NCBI RefSeq assembly: GCF_009914755.1
Contig: NC_060928.1
Strand: one strand, 5' to 3'
Origin: the human T2T-CHM13v2.0 reference genome, Homo sapiens
Length of the DNA stretch: 64,000 bases
Shown: one piece after another, positions 1 to 13,881 of the stretch
How the letters are laid out: each line of letters starts with the position of its first letter
Position numbering within the stretch: the first letter of the stretch is position 1
Position numbers and translations under genes: made by a program
The notes under the pieces: model-generated
Told to the model about the DNA's origin: nothing
Database searches by the model: none
The model's input: the letters and a program-made list of their open reading frames with translations, nothing else

Positions 1-120
1 AGAAAGCTGTTATAGAAATGACAAGAGGTAACAAGTATTGATAGGCATGTGGAAAAAAGAGAGCTTTTGTGCACTGTTGGTGGGAATGTAACAGTCATGG
101 AAAACATTATGGAAGTTACC
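1..120 (+). mobile_element. Old L1 (L1M-type) ORF2 3' fragment
   Basis: acaagtattgataggcatgtggaaaaaagagagcttttgtgcactgttggtgggaatgtaa resembles the L1 ORF2 C-terminal region; cut by the window edge. Confidence 0.75.
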
Positions 121-1017
121 GTCAGTTTATGTTTTTATGGTCTCTTTTCTGTTAGAGTAACATTTCGTCCAATGAAAATGACTATATTTTGTATCCAAAA
201 TACAATATTTCTAACTCTAACAGATATTTCAATCAGAAAATAAACTTTATTATTTAAAACCTCAAATATACTTATCTATGGTTTTAGTTTCATAGAGCAA
301 AATATATCCATTAAAGGTTAAAAACTTCAGTGTATATGACCACAGATTACAGATAACCATGTTCATTTCCTTGTGGTTTGGCAACTAAAATGAGATGAAA
401 TAATTTTTGGACCAGATTTCCCTATCATATTTTGCTTATCTTAATTAATAAATAATGTGATTATGTATTATTTCTCTTCTAAAATAGCAATAGCATAAAA
501 AACTTCCTCACAATTTTTTTTTGTATTTCATTGATATTTAGATATACAGATAGAATTGCTTTGAGGAAGGAAATGGCAACATAAGAATTACATGATAAAA
601 ATATAGGAAGATACATATGGTTATTTTTCATCTAAATATTGATGAAGTTTCTAATTTATTAGAGTATACTTTATGTAGTTTGCAAAAATCAATGCAAATA
701 GTAAACATTATTGAAAGATTTACCTACAATTTTGTAACCTTCTTAGCAGTTTTGGTTATCATCATGGTATCTGTTATGATGAAAATTTTGTAAATCTGCA
801 TCTTTAGTGTTTATACTGCATTTTGTATCCTCAAATCTGCTCTTAAGTATTCTCTGGTAGATTATTCATTGTGTGCAGTGAAACTGGCCTTAAATTCATT
901 CTCTTGCATGAGTTACATATATATAAGATAGAAAATTAGAATTTTTAATCTAATTTCAGAACATAATGGCAGTAAATAAAAGTTATACACATTTCCTACA
1001 GTTTCTTATACCTCTTT

Positions 1018-1310
1018 CGCCAGCTCAGCTAGAATATAAAGCAGGCAAAAAAAAAAAAAAAAAAACATGAAAACATGAGACCAGCCTAGCCTTCCAGGCT
1101 ACATCTTTCTCCAATGCTAGATAATTCCTGCCTTCGAACATTCTACTCCAAGTTCTTCAATTTGGGACTTGGACTGGCTTTGCTTGCTCCTCAGCCTGCA
1201 GATGGCCTGTTGTGGGACCTCGTGATGATGTAAGTTAATACTTACTAAACTCCCTTTTATTAATTCTGTCTCTATTAGTTTTGCCCCTCAAGAGAACCCT
1301 TACTAATACA
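1018..1310 (+). mobile_element. MLT2A-type (ERVL) LTR, 3' part
   Basis: gctagaatataaagcaggc...cctcagcctgcagatggcctgttgtgggacc...agagaacccttactaataca matches recalled MLT2A1/2 consensus, ends in CA. Confidence 0.85.
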
Positions 1311-2250
1311 GATGCACAGAATTGAGCCCAGGAAAATTTGGTGATTTATTTCCAAAATCACACAGCTAAGATAATTTTTGTAATTCTCAGGGAAATGCTT
1401 TTTTCACTGTATGTACTATGTTACTCCCTCTCCCATCATTAAAATACCTGCAGCTACAGTCATTCTGACAATGAGTACTTAGATGTATGTTCTATCTACA
1501 ATTTTATTTTTGTTAATGTTGCATGATGTTCAGCATCATCTATGATATAATGTAGAAAACTGGCTGTAATATACTTATGTTTTATATATAATAAGAAATT
1601 GAATAGGGTGCTGAGCATTATACCTTATATCAAATGTTTTAAATGATGTTTAAATAATGTAAAGAAACTTTTTGTATGTTGAAACACATCATTGTGTTAG
1701 CCTGTAATGTTATAAATAATAATAATTACAATACTAGATAAGAGATTTAACGATATTAATTTACATATGTGCACAGAGAAATTTAATATTTGAAAATTTA
1801 ATTCTCTGAAGTATATGGTTTATACCAATTCTTATCTTGGTTTATCTGCTCGAATAAAATGATGTCCATTTATCCTTTAAATGTCAAATATGCAATATAT
1901 ATTTTGCAATGGAAAGAGCCCATTAGAGTACAAGGTAATGAACTCCTTTCAAGTATATTTTATGATTATGACATGTGTTTCAACAATAATTTCATATTTT
2001 ACGCAAATCTGCAAATTTTCCATTTTGAAAAGATGTGCTTTATTCTTTAATACTACAATTTAAGAAAGTGATATTTACATCACAGTTTGTAATAGGTGGC
2101 TGTAAATTTTAGTAGCATTTCTCTGTGATGTCAATCTGTATTGTTTACTTTAGAAACTTGGGCTATATAAAATACAAAACATAAAAATTATAAAATAATT
2201 GATTAGTTCACACAAAATTGACTATATTTTAGGTGCCTTACATATTTATG

Positions 2251-2684
2251 CAGTGGTCCTCCCTTTCACTTTCTGCAGCTTCAATTACCTGCAAAAATTA
2301 AATGGAAAATTATAGAAATAAACAATTCATAAGATTTAAATTACATGAGGTTCTGAGTATATTATGAAATTTCATGTGGTGCCACTTTATCCCACTCTAC
2401 CTTTCCTTCATCACAAGTAGGAGAGTGGGTACAGCACAATGAGATATATTGAGAGATAGAGAGGGAGAGGGAGGTCATATTCACATAATTTTTATTAGCA
2501 GATATTATTATAAAGGTTACATTTTATTATTTTTATTAATATCTTACTGTGCCTAATTTATAAATTAAACTTTATTATAGGCATAGAAAAAACATAGTAT
2601 ATATAGGATTTGGTACTATCCATGGTTTTAGGCCTTCCTTGGGGACCTTGGAACGTATCCTCTGTGGATAACGGAAGACTACTG
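2251..2684 (+). mobile_element. MER44 (Tigger7-derived) DNA transposon
   Basis: Degenerate TIRs cagtggtcc.../...gactactg; internal ttactgtgcctaatttataaattaaactttat and ggtactatccatggttttagg motifs of MER44B. Confidence 0.85.
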
Positions 2685-3375
2685 TGCTCAAATGTAAATG
2701 CCTTTTAACATTCATGACACAAAGAAGGATATATAATAAGATCTGTATTGCTATGGTAGTTGTGAGCATTTTAAAAACACGGAAAGTCTCAGAAACCCAA
2801 CAAAGTCAGATAACGTTAGTGACGTACTAGACAATGCTTAGTTTCCAACGACAATAACCAGTGATATCTTTGTCCAATTTTGAAGACTTTTACAATTTTC
2901 CCTCCATCGTATGTGACTTATTACTTCGTCTATCACTTTAAAATATCTTAGGTCAATAATAGATGGGAATTCTGCTTGTCATTATAGCTTGGATATTTGA
3001 TATTGTTACATGGTGTCCTGTTTGGCAGAATGGAGATCTACTCTTTTTTCAGACATATGCTTGATCTTAGTTTTCATTATTTCTTCAACTACATTTTCAA
3101 TATTCCTTCCTTTTCATTATAACATAGCACAATACCACATATAAAGAATAGATTTCAGTTAATCAAATTTTTAAAATCACAAAACTGCTTTATAAGAAAA
3201 AACACTTCGAAACATGATTTTCTTCACATCTTCCAAATGTTAAAACAAATCAAATTTGAGCATAATCATTTATAGACACACAAACACACACACACAAACA
3301 TAAATATTTATATTGTACTATGAATAATACGTTGCTTTTTTATACATAAAGATGCTATTACCATTAATATTCTCC

Positions 3376-4000
3376 GGCTGACAGACTTTAAGATGGTCTC
3401 CAATAATCACTGCCTTCTAGAACTCATGTCCTTGAGTAATGCCCTCCCCTGAATGTGGGCTACCCTTGTGACTTGCTTTTAAACTACAGATTATGGCAAA
3501 GGTGCGATTTCTGTGATTAGGTTTCAAAAGCTTTGTAAGTTTCTTTTAGTAGATTATCTTGGTTTACTTTTTCCCTTGCTGGCTTTGGTGAAGCAAATTG
3601 CTACATCAGTGAGGCCCATGTGGCAAGCTACTGAGGTTGACCATTGGCCAATAACCAACTAGAAAATGAGATTTTCCTCATCAGCATCACCTGAGGAACT
3701 GAAAAAACAAACAAAAGACAGGCAATGAGACCCTCAGTCCAACAGTCCAAAAGCAAGTGAATCCTGCCAACAACTGCATAAGTGAGTTTGGAATTGAATC
3801 CTTCCTTTACTGGGCCTTCAAATGAGACCCAAAGCCTAGTTGGCATCTTGATTGTAGCCTCATGAGAGATTCTGAAGTCAAAGACCAAGCTAAGCTGTGC
3901 CCAGATACTTGACCCAAAGTAGCTATGAGATGATAAGTGGGTGTCATGTCATTCCCCTAAACTTGTCACAATTTACCATACAATATAGATAATAAATATA
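3376..4000 (+). mobile_element. MLT1E/F-type MaLR solo LTR
   Basis: aagatggtctccaataatc..., ccctcagtccaacag...gaatcctgccaacaac, gctaagctgtgcccagat motifs. Confidence 0.8.
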
Positions 4001-4035
4001 TATTCTTATTTATTTTTCTTACTAGTTTTGAAAAG

Positions 4036-4137
4036 AAATATACCAATTTAATTAATTGTTTTTGATGTCTGCATCAACTTTTTTAAAAATATACCAATTT
4101 AATTAATTGTTTTTCATGTCTGCATCAACTTTTTTAA
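4036..4137. repeat. 51-bp tandem duplication (2 copies, 1 mismatch)
   Basis: aaatataccaatttaattaattgttttt(g/c)atgtctgcatcaacttttttaa at 4036-4086 and 4087-4137. Confidence 0.95.
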
Positions 4138-4875
4138 AAAGTACATTTATATTGTGTATATTTAAGACATACGGCATGTTGTAATGAAATTCATATATGT
4201 AGCAAAATGTTTACTATAATGAAACAAATGAACATATCCATCATTTCACATAGTTACCCATTCCTCCCCTGCCCTCTCATGACAGGAATAGCTATAATCT
4301 CATTTAGCAAAAATGCTGAGTATAATACACAATTATTAACTATAGACCTTATGTTGTTCCTCAAATCTTTACACTTGTTTATCCTGCATATCTGTGACTT
4401 TGTATCCTTTGGACCTAGACTTTTCCATTCCCCCACAACCACTTTTATTCTTTGTCTCTGTATATTTGACTTATTTATTTTTAGAGTCCATGTATAGGTG
4501 AAATCCTGCAATAGTTTTCATTCTGTATCTGGCTTATTTCACTTAGCATAATGTGAAAATGCTAAGTGTCATCCATATTGTGGTAAATGGCAGAATCTCC
4601 TAATTTTTTAATGCTGAATAATATTCTATTGTGTGTGTTCCACATTTTCTTTAACCACGCATCCACTGATGGGCATTCAAGATGTTTCCATAACTTGGCT
4701 ATTGTGAATAATGTTAGAATGAACATGAGAGTGTAGACATTTTTATGATTTTATCTCCTTTAGGTATAATTCCAGAAACGGGATTCCTGGGTCATTGATA
4801 ATCCTATTTTTTTAAAGGAACTTCCATACTGGTTTCCATAACGCTGCACCAATCTACATTCCTACCAACATACAC
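4138..4875 (-). mobile_element. L1MA-type 3' end (5'-truncated)
   Basis: catatccatcatttcacatagttacc, tctggcttatttcacttagcataat, gctgaataatattctattgtg, ttggctattgtgaataat are antisense L1 3'UTR/ORF2-end motifs. Confidence 0.85.
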
Positions 4876-4931
4876 TAACTTTTTGGCATTCAGTCATTTT
4901 TATTTTTTAACATAATTTAATTTTATTTAGA

Positions 4932-5235
4932 TTTTTTTTTTTTTTTGACGGAGTCTCTCTTTATCCCCTGGCTGGAGTGCAATGGCACAATCATGGCTCA
5001 TTGCAACCTCAACTTCCTGGGCTCAAGCAATCTCCCACCTCTGCTTCCGAAGTAGCTGGGACTATGGGTATGTAACACCACACACAGCCTTTTTTTTTTT
5101 TTTTTTGTATTTTTTGTAGTGACAGAGTCTCCTTATGTTGCCCAAGTCGTCCCCCAAACTCTTCAGCTCAAATGATCCTCCTGCCTCCGCCTCCCAAAGT
5201 GCTGGATTACAGGCATGAGACAACAAGCCTAGCCC
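4932..5235 (-). mobile_element. AluJ
   Basis: Poly-T tail, dimeric Alu, J-type cctgggctcaagcaat, high divergence. Confidence 0.92.
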
Positions 5236-8019
5236 ATCATTTTCAAATGGATCCTATCTGTTTTAAACCTATAAAATAGGGAAACATTCACTACTATTAT
5301 ATTGTAGTCATGAAGAAATCATGTGTACAATTTTCCATTTACTAATGTGATCAAGTCCTTATTAAAGTAAGACAAATTTGATACACAGGTTTCATTTCAA
5401 TATGTTAAAACTTTCATAAATCTGATTAATAGCAGAATGCAATGTATAGGTATTCTATAAAAGAAAAAATATTTTACTTATATCTAGGCAGTCCTATACT
5501 TGAGTATCAGTGTGTAATAGAGAAGAAAATATGAAGTAACATTTTGAGTTCTTCAGCCTGTCATAGCATTTTTACACAGATGAATAGCTTTTAAGATATC
5601 AAATCTTGCTAGGAATTCCAGTTTCCATGTGTATGATGACTTGTGGAGAGCCTTATTACCTCAGTAATATTAAGAAACATTGATGCTCTTATCAAAGCCT
5701 AGCAGTTTTGCAGAAATTGAATACACTATTAATTGAAAATGCTGAATCACTGATTTCTTTTACATTTTTGCTAATACATTATATTCAGCCATGGCTCCTC
5801 TATCTTAATATAGTCTGCATATGATAAATTTTATGCTCCATTTGAAAATATATGAAATTTTAATAGATAGCATTTCACAACTGGTCGATCCATTAAGTGG
5901 TTTAAAAATGCATGTGTGCTGGAACACCAATACCAAACAATATGTAAAAATTCTCAGCCTTTAGCAACGAGAAAATTTTCTTTTAAGACAGGAAAATCTG
6001 GCTCAGGAAAAAGAAAATAAGTTTCATTTTATAAAAAAGAATGTTTACATTCTATAATGAAAACAATGTTCCAGAAGGAGAAAAAAAATCTCAGTATTAA
6101 AAATGTGCACGCCTATTACAAGATGTCTCAATGGAAATTGACAAGGAAAATTGCTGGCAACCATCTGAATGACTCTTAACAGTATTCATTCAAATGAGGT
6201 ATGAATCAGGTCAAGGGATTTGCATGTGTTATTTAATGTCAAATAGGGAACAATGTAGTCACAATATCTGGTAGTTATTCATTTAATATCTATTCACAGA
6301 GTGCTTACATTATCCCCAGTTTTTAAATGTTCATGTTATCAAGTTGTTATCTTCAAAAAGGAAAGAAAAATTAAAATATTTTCAGATTATTGATTTACAT
6401 AATTTATAGGCTATTTTTTAAATTTAAAACTTTTTTTGACAATTTAATAAAAGTGAGGTTAGGCCAATGTTTGTTTATTATGTATATCCAGGGTAGTTAT
6501 GCCACAATTAGATATAGGGATTAAAAGTTTAAATGAGATGAATTTAAAGCCTTTTATAATTCTTAATGTCTATTATTACAAACTTTCTAAAATGTAAAAT
6601 ATATAGCAGAAGTAGACGTCCTGTGAACTTAAGTACATACACCAAATATTAAGTTAAAATTTATTTCAGGTGCTTGATGCCAATTAACTAATTTAACCTA
6701 ATTTTCTACTTAATTCACTTATTATTTTGACATTCTACAAAACATTTTATTTTAATTTTATTATCCTGAAAAGAAAAATGGAGAATGAAAATACCAAAAG
6801 AAATGATCCATATCCATTACATTGTCAATATGTATATATATTTTCATTGTCAATATTCAATAAAACAAAATATATTTTGTTAGAAATATTTTCTATATTT
6901 TCAGAAGCCCTCATTGACTTTTAATAACAGCCTTTTCCTTGCTCATTTCTGGTATTTTCATCCATTTTTTCATAGCCCTTCTGTCTTCCAACATCCCTGC
7001 TGAGAAATGAAAATGTTTTCTGAAAAAAAAAGAGACTTTTCAGAACAGGCTGATGGATGATTTCTTTTTAAAGGCTCCCTGAAGTGTGCTCTGTAAATTA
7101 GTGAAAATCAATATTCTCTCACAGGAGACCAAAAGCTTTCAGATCATTAGGAATACTTCAATTTCTAACAAAATTTTAGATTTTTTAATACTCTTATAAT
7201 AGCTTTCACAGTAGTATCTTTTATTCATATTACTCATTTACTCTCTGTGGACACAGCTGAGAGTGTTGCCCCTGGGTGCAACATCCTGTCTTTTTTGCAG
7301 AAAAGCATTCCTGATGATTTAGCAACTGTCTTGAGTTTTTGTAGTATTCAAATACAATAACTTCTTTTTCCATACCAGTTGATGCAAGGAAGAATAGCCA
7401 AAACTCTTTAGGAAAAGCACCTCTATTTTGTTTCTGAGAAATGGAACGCCATTTTCTATCAAGAGTCAAGGAAACCAAAACAAGTCTTTAAAAAATTCTA
7501 CCCTAAAAAATACATTTTTGGTTGGTTTCATACTACTTAGACCTTGTCAGAATTCATATATAGGAATGAGATTATTGTTCATTTTATAATTACTTAATTA
7601 CAAGTGTGGTAACCATATGATCCTGAACCTAAGGGATGATGCTTGTATTTTAGTTAGCCCATCTAGTATATAGACAAATAAACTAGTTCATACTCACATT
7701 ACAAAGCACATTGCAGCCACATGCACTCACACATACACATACACACACAAGACTGATAAATCTGATAAAAAATAAGTTTTTAAAAAACTTATAAAATGAA
7801 TATTGTAATGTTTTATAAAGTAATGTTTAATAATTTAATTTATTTTAGGAACTTTATCTTTTTAAATTTATTTAATACTAATTTGGAACATTCTAAGAAA
7901 AAAATATGCTAAACACTAAATTAGCTGCTTACTGACGCTGATTTTAATGCTATTTTTAATTCCAGTTTGTTGACAAACTGCAGTCCAACTCACCTCCAGT
8001 TTTTAGAAGTAAAGATTTC

Positions 8020-8160
8020 AAGAGCATATTCGTGCACACTTATTTAAATATTGTGTATGACCAATTTTCTGTGAAAACATCAGGATGAAGTGTTGTAACA
8101 GATACTATCTGGCCTGCAAAACTGAAAATATTTATCACTTGGTCCTATTAACAATTTAGC
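8020..8160. mobile_element. MER58A (hAT-Charlie MITE) fragment
   Basis: tggcctgcaaaactgaaaatatttatcacttggtcctatta resembles the MER58A tggcccacaaagcctaaaatatttactatctggcccttta segment. Confidence 0.65.
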
Positions 8161-8179
8161 TTCCATTAAAGAGTTAGGA

Positions 8180-8600
8180 GGATGGTGTCATACAGGATAA
8201 CTTCCAGGACACAGGTAATCAGCAAAGAAAAAGAGAATTAGAGGAAAACACAACACTGAATCAGGGGAACACATCAAAGAGTAAATTGCAATGTAAATAT
8301 ATTTATTTATAGGCTTAATGTCAGAAAGTTGGCTACTGTATTCTCTGTGAAGATATGAGTTTTTCTGCTGCTGGAGGACAATTTGTAGAGTTAGATATTT
8401 AAAGAAATTGGAAAACGATTAAAGTAGCTATGGTGAAGAGTGTGATAGAAACAGATACTTGTCCTACAAGACAGGACAAAACTGAAGTTAAAACCCCTGA
8501 ATTTAAACTGGTAAAACCTTTAAAGTTACATGATTTACTGAAAGAGTATTCAGTAAGCTCAGAATAGGCTTACAAAATGCAGAATAACATACCTTAGGAA
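8180..8600 (-). mobile_element. Probable L2 fragment
   Basis: Purine-rich diverged sequence weakly resembling antisense L2 ORF region. Confidence 0.35.
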
Positions 8601-9143
8601 TTTCTCAGGCCTAGAGTTTTGCCCAGTAAATTCAAAGACAATAGGGGATGAGGGATGACATTCTTAACACATAAGGGTTCTTGAAGCGATGTGCCTCTGT
8701 ACCTAAGCTGGAAAGCTGAGTTCATACTAAACAGAAAGTTGATTAGACAACAGTAACAAAACAAAACAAAAAACAACATAAAACATAGGAGATCACAGAA
8801 TCAGAGTTCTCTCTAAAGTGAAGCGAAGACATAGGGATAACCAAATGAGAAAGAAAATAAAACTAAAATATGGAATGTTTATACTTGATATTTCAAAAAC
8901 CTAGGGTCTCAATGTTATTAGAAAGAACCAAATGTATCATTGAAAATCAATATTCAGGGAGACTCAGAGAATATGAGTGCATTATGTAACTGAGTGTCTG
9001 GGAGCTGTTTAATATTCTAGATGAATATGAAGTCAGCAAGTCTGATTTGAAGATGGCAAGTCTGATAGAAGATAGAGAGTCATAGTTCCACAATCAACAA
9101 AAATGAAGTTAAGGTTACTGGAAAGCAATGTGATGCAGCTGAG

Positions 9144-9565
9144 TAATATGGTTGGGATGTTTGTCCCCTCCAAATCTCATGTTGAAATATAATTTCCAAT
9201 TTTGGAGTTGGGGCCTAGTGGGAGGTATTGAATCATGGGGGCTGGATCCCTCATGAATGGCTTCATGTCGTCTCCTGAGTGATGAGTGAGTTCTCACCGT
9301 TAGTTCATGCAATGTCTGGTAGTTTAAAAGAGTGTGGCACCTCCCCACTCTCTCTTTTGCTCCTGCTCTTGCCATGTGATGCTTCTGCTTCTGCTTTACA
9401 TTCTACCATGAGTAAAAGCTCCCTGAGGCCTCGCCAGAGGCTGAGCTGATGCTGGTGTCATACTTTATGTACAACTTGCACAATCTTGAACCTGTTAAAC
9501 ATCATTTCTTTATGAATTACCAAGCGTCATTTTTTTAATATAGCAAAGCAAAACAGCCTCATACA
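9144..9565 (+). mobile_element. MSTB-type MaLR solo LTR
   Basis: tttgtcccctccaaatctcatgttgaaat...ggatccctcatgaatggctt...aaagctccctgaggcctc...ataca. Confidence 0.9.
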
Positions 9566-11529
9566 CTTAATGCACTGAGTGACTTTAACTCCAATGGGGC
9601 TGGGCTAATTTATAAGATGATGGAAGAAGAGAGATCTAAAAGCAGCACTGTGTCAAGCAGAACTCAGTGCCCACCTTTTTGAGAGGGCATCAGTAGGAGC
9701 AGCATAACTAGTCTCAGTTACAGCAGAGAGATATAAGAAGTTAGGAGTCAGAATTGATTTATTAAGGAACATAATTTCTAGAGTTTACGTTGGAATTATT
9801 TGGGTGTAGATAATAGGGTGTTTGGTTGACAGGAAAGGAGTTATTGACCCACATGGAAATGCAAATGTGGAACAGACTCCCTCCATCCAAGGAGGACTTC
9901 ATCCTGGTTAATCAACACAGATAACAGAAATGTAAATCATGGTACTTTTAACTGGCAATAGCATTTCCTAGAGTATTAGTCTAAACAGAACCCAGGTGAA
10001 TTAGAGCATAACAGGATGTTTAGAAGACTCCCCAGCAGTGCACTTGTTGGGCTGTACCTCTGGCAGTTATGGGGAGTCTAGTCCACATGAGAACAGTATT
10101 TGGATTCATGGTTTGTTCTAGGTGTATAGTTGAGCCCATCTTACTGCTGCTCACATTCAGGCTTGCAGGGTTACAGCCCTCATTCTTTCATATGATTTTT
10201 CTGATTTTAACTGTACATTTTTAATTCTCCTTTTTCCATGCATTGATTAAGTTCGGCGTGACAAAATATTTATTTAATCATAATTTTTATTTGTATGTGA
10301 TACTGTGGTTTTGCCTCTTTTCATAAAACATTATCTATACACTTTAATCCTCACTGCAAACTAGCACACTTTCGCCATATTTTGGCAAAATGTGTTTGGA
10401 TGCCTAGGAGAAACTGATAGGTCTAGTTACTTGTTACCTTCCTACTTAAGCCACAAAAGTAACTGACAGTCCATGACAACTCTTAGGACAAATTATTCTG
10501 GTGCACTGTATACAAAGCATTGCTTCATATTATAACAAAGCCTGAAAGTATGGCACATTTTATGATAGAAATATTCAGATCAAAGAAAAAAGGAATAATA
10601 TTTTGAAATGTATTCATCTTGTACTTCAACCTCAACACAAATTGAGAATCCATGTTTTTTTTTAATTGAGGAAATAGATAAATAGTTCTAGGCCAAAGAA
10701 CGCATTAAGACTTGCAAAATGTTTAATTTTACATCCACTATATGGCCCTTTATCTGAGAACAATGTAATAAATTAAGAAGATAATAATACATATTATCAA
10801 TCTCCACATAGAGGTGGAGAAGGTAATTTTTTCCTGGAAGTTATTGCCCACCTGCTTATTCTGATAGAAAGTCAACCATAATCCAACCATCACTAAAATT
10901 TTAACCTCTTCTATTTCTGGAAACATAAACCCAATCCTAGATCTTTTTCAGAACATACATTTTAAAATAACTTCTATCCAGCACATACCTGAAACTTGTT
11001 AATTTTTGAGAATTAGTGCCTGAAAAATTTGCCACATATTTATTTTTCTAAGTATTCTACCTGTTTGTTTAAGGAAGGCTATCAGAGAACTCTATACCTG
11101 GACAGCATCTTGCTGTCTCTATCCAAATACACTTACTGAAATGCACCTTAATTATTATGTCAGAAACTTCCTACGACTTTCATAGAGTTCTGTGAGAAAA
11201 TTCTCTATGACTACAGAAAACTATTTCCAATACAAGGCTGTTAGTGAAAAAAATATTACATTTATTGCTAAGATTTCAACTGATAATAATAAAAGATAAA
11301 ATTTTTACCATGACATTTAAAAAATTTCATGTACACTAAAATTCATGTAACAGATGTTGTAGAAAGTAAAGCTGCATACACAGAATTTAAAATAAGTTTA
11401 TTTTGTTTAGTAAAAAAAAATACAGGAAAAAATTAAAAAGTGAGGATATACAACCCAAAGGAGTAAATCTTCAACTTCCTGAGTACCAAATACAGACCAT
11501 TTTACATGGATTCAATATAGGAACTTTCT

Positions 11530-11860
11530 GTGATAGACTTTCCACACTGCCACCAAGAAACTCTTCCTGAGCACAGAGCTAAACTACTTTTCTTGGCCTC
11601 TCTTTTAGTGTGTTATGTCTAGATCTCTGCTATGAGATATTTGTCAAAGGGATGTGTAACCTTTCTAGGTTAAGTTTTCTAGGAAGCAAATATGTTCCTC
11701 ACAGACTTTGTTTCCTTAGCTGTGCAGTATGGGCAAAAAGTAGACCTTAAGGGATGGCAGAACTATAAATAAGAAGGATCTCCGGTCTTTAAATTACCAC
11801 TGTCTCCATTCCCCCACCACCCATCCAGTTTGTCTTACCATTAACATGTGGGCCTTGTGA
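11530..11860 (+). mobile_element. Highly diverged MLT1 (I/J-like) LTR fragment
   Basis: agctaaactacttttcttggcctctctt and gatggcagaactataaataagaaggatctccggtc weakly resemble MLT1J motifs. Confidence 0.4.
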
Positions 11861-13228
11861 ATGCAAAATTAACGATATAATATAATGAAAGCAAGATATA
11901 CATTTAAATATTATGCATGTTATGTTAATGAAAGATATGATTTTATTTTGACATGGCCTCAAATTTTTGGATGACCTTTTTAATCATAACTAATACATTA
12001 TAAAGTTTATTTTTTTAATCAAAATGGAAGTGAGAGCTGGTGATGCTATGGGTAAGGGGAAAGGAGACCTTATGACAGGCAGCTCTATCTTTTATAAGGT
12101 ATGATTCTTCCTTCACTGGCCCAATTTCTGGTCATGGCACACTAGAAAAGCCTTAATACAAATAGTACTCAGAAAGTCTTCAGTGATTTTCATTGCTTAG
12201 AGTAAGCAAGTTTTTAATGTTAGCTGCAGATGAAACTAGTTATTTTTTAAAATAATAATTATAACCAAATTAAAAGGCCAGAATTACACCTATTGATGAA
12301 AGCTTTGTTTTTTTCTGTCTTAAAATATTTGTTTCATGTTACCTTTAGAGTCATTTTTTTTTCTTTTGTTTCACAAACGTCACACTTTTGTCCATGTTTT
12401 TCTATTAGCTGCCCGTATACAAAAATATAAGAAATAAATCATTCAGTTTCTTTTGGTAATTACAACATCCCACAACTCTCCTATATAATGAAAAAGTGGT
12501 AGGACAGAGGGTTATGTAGAAATATTGAAAACCGTGTATCTAAAACTGGCAGGGCTCAATGTCCTTCTGCCCCGAACAGGATGACCATTGTGTGGCTGAC
12601 TTGAGTTCAATAAACCAGATAAAAATATCAAGAGAGAAGTCCTGAGGAAATAAGGAGAATAAATATAATCCAAAGAATGAATGAAATCTGAGAGAAAACA
12701 GGATTATGACAAAGACCATTGTCTTTGGATAGATAACTCAAAATTCATCCTGCAGACATTTTCCAGTGAATGCTAGAAATCATGACATTGACCAATAAGG
12801 AAAGGCAAGCAATCCTGACAGAGCGCAGTGCTTGCCCATGAAGTCAGCTGCATTCAAATAGGCACAGTAATACACAGTAAGTGGTATTCACTTATTTTCA
12901 ATTTTTACAATCAACTTAGAGAACAGTCATGGAATATTTTTAAATGGTTAGAACTTTGACAAAATAAAATTATAGCTACAGCTGTGAGAGTCTGAAAAAA
13001 AGACAGTGAGGAGAAAGGGTGGGCATACTACAAAATGAGAGAAGCACAGCCTGTGGTACATGTAAAAAATAGGACTTTAATTACACTCTTTGAGGATGTC
13101 ATGAGAACCTGGAAGGAAACCAAAAGTGTTAATATGACTATCTGAATTGAAGAGGATGCTAAAGAAAGGTGGAGAGTAGAGCAAAATTTAGTAAAATCTT
13201 TATCCAGCTCGTGGGAGAAAGCCAAAGA

Positions 13229-13270
13229 CATATATATATATATGCATATATATATATATATATATATATA

Positions 13271-13308
<38 letters not shown>

Positions 13309-13320
13309 TACGTACACACA
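13229..13320. repeat. Interrupted (TA)n microsatellite
   Basis: (TA)n runs interrupted by tgca. Confidence 0.95.
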
Positions 13321-13421
13321 CTTGTGTGGGTCCTTCAAAGCTTTTCGTTATAAATTAAGAATTAACTATTATAGAACTAAGAAGTGGACCAAAGTGCTCC
13401 GAGTAGTTCAGTGCATGGTGA

Positions 13422-13881
<460 letters not shown>

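Noticed and set aside
9566-10150. Less AT-rich stretch after the MSTB LTR as retroviral internal sequence or exon
   Set aside because: No recognisable family motif, ORF or second LTR; cannot be supported without a search.
12950-13200. Possible L2 fragment
   Set aside because: Similarity too weak to call by eye.
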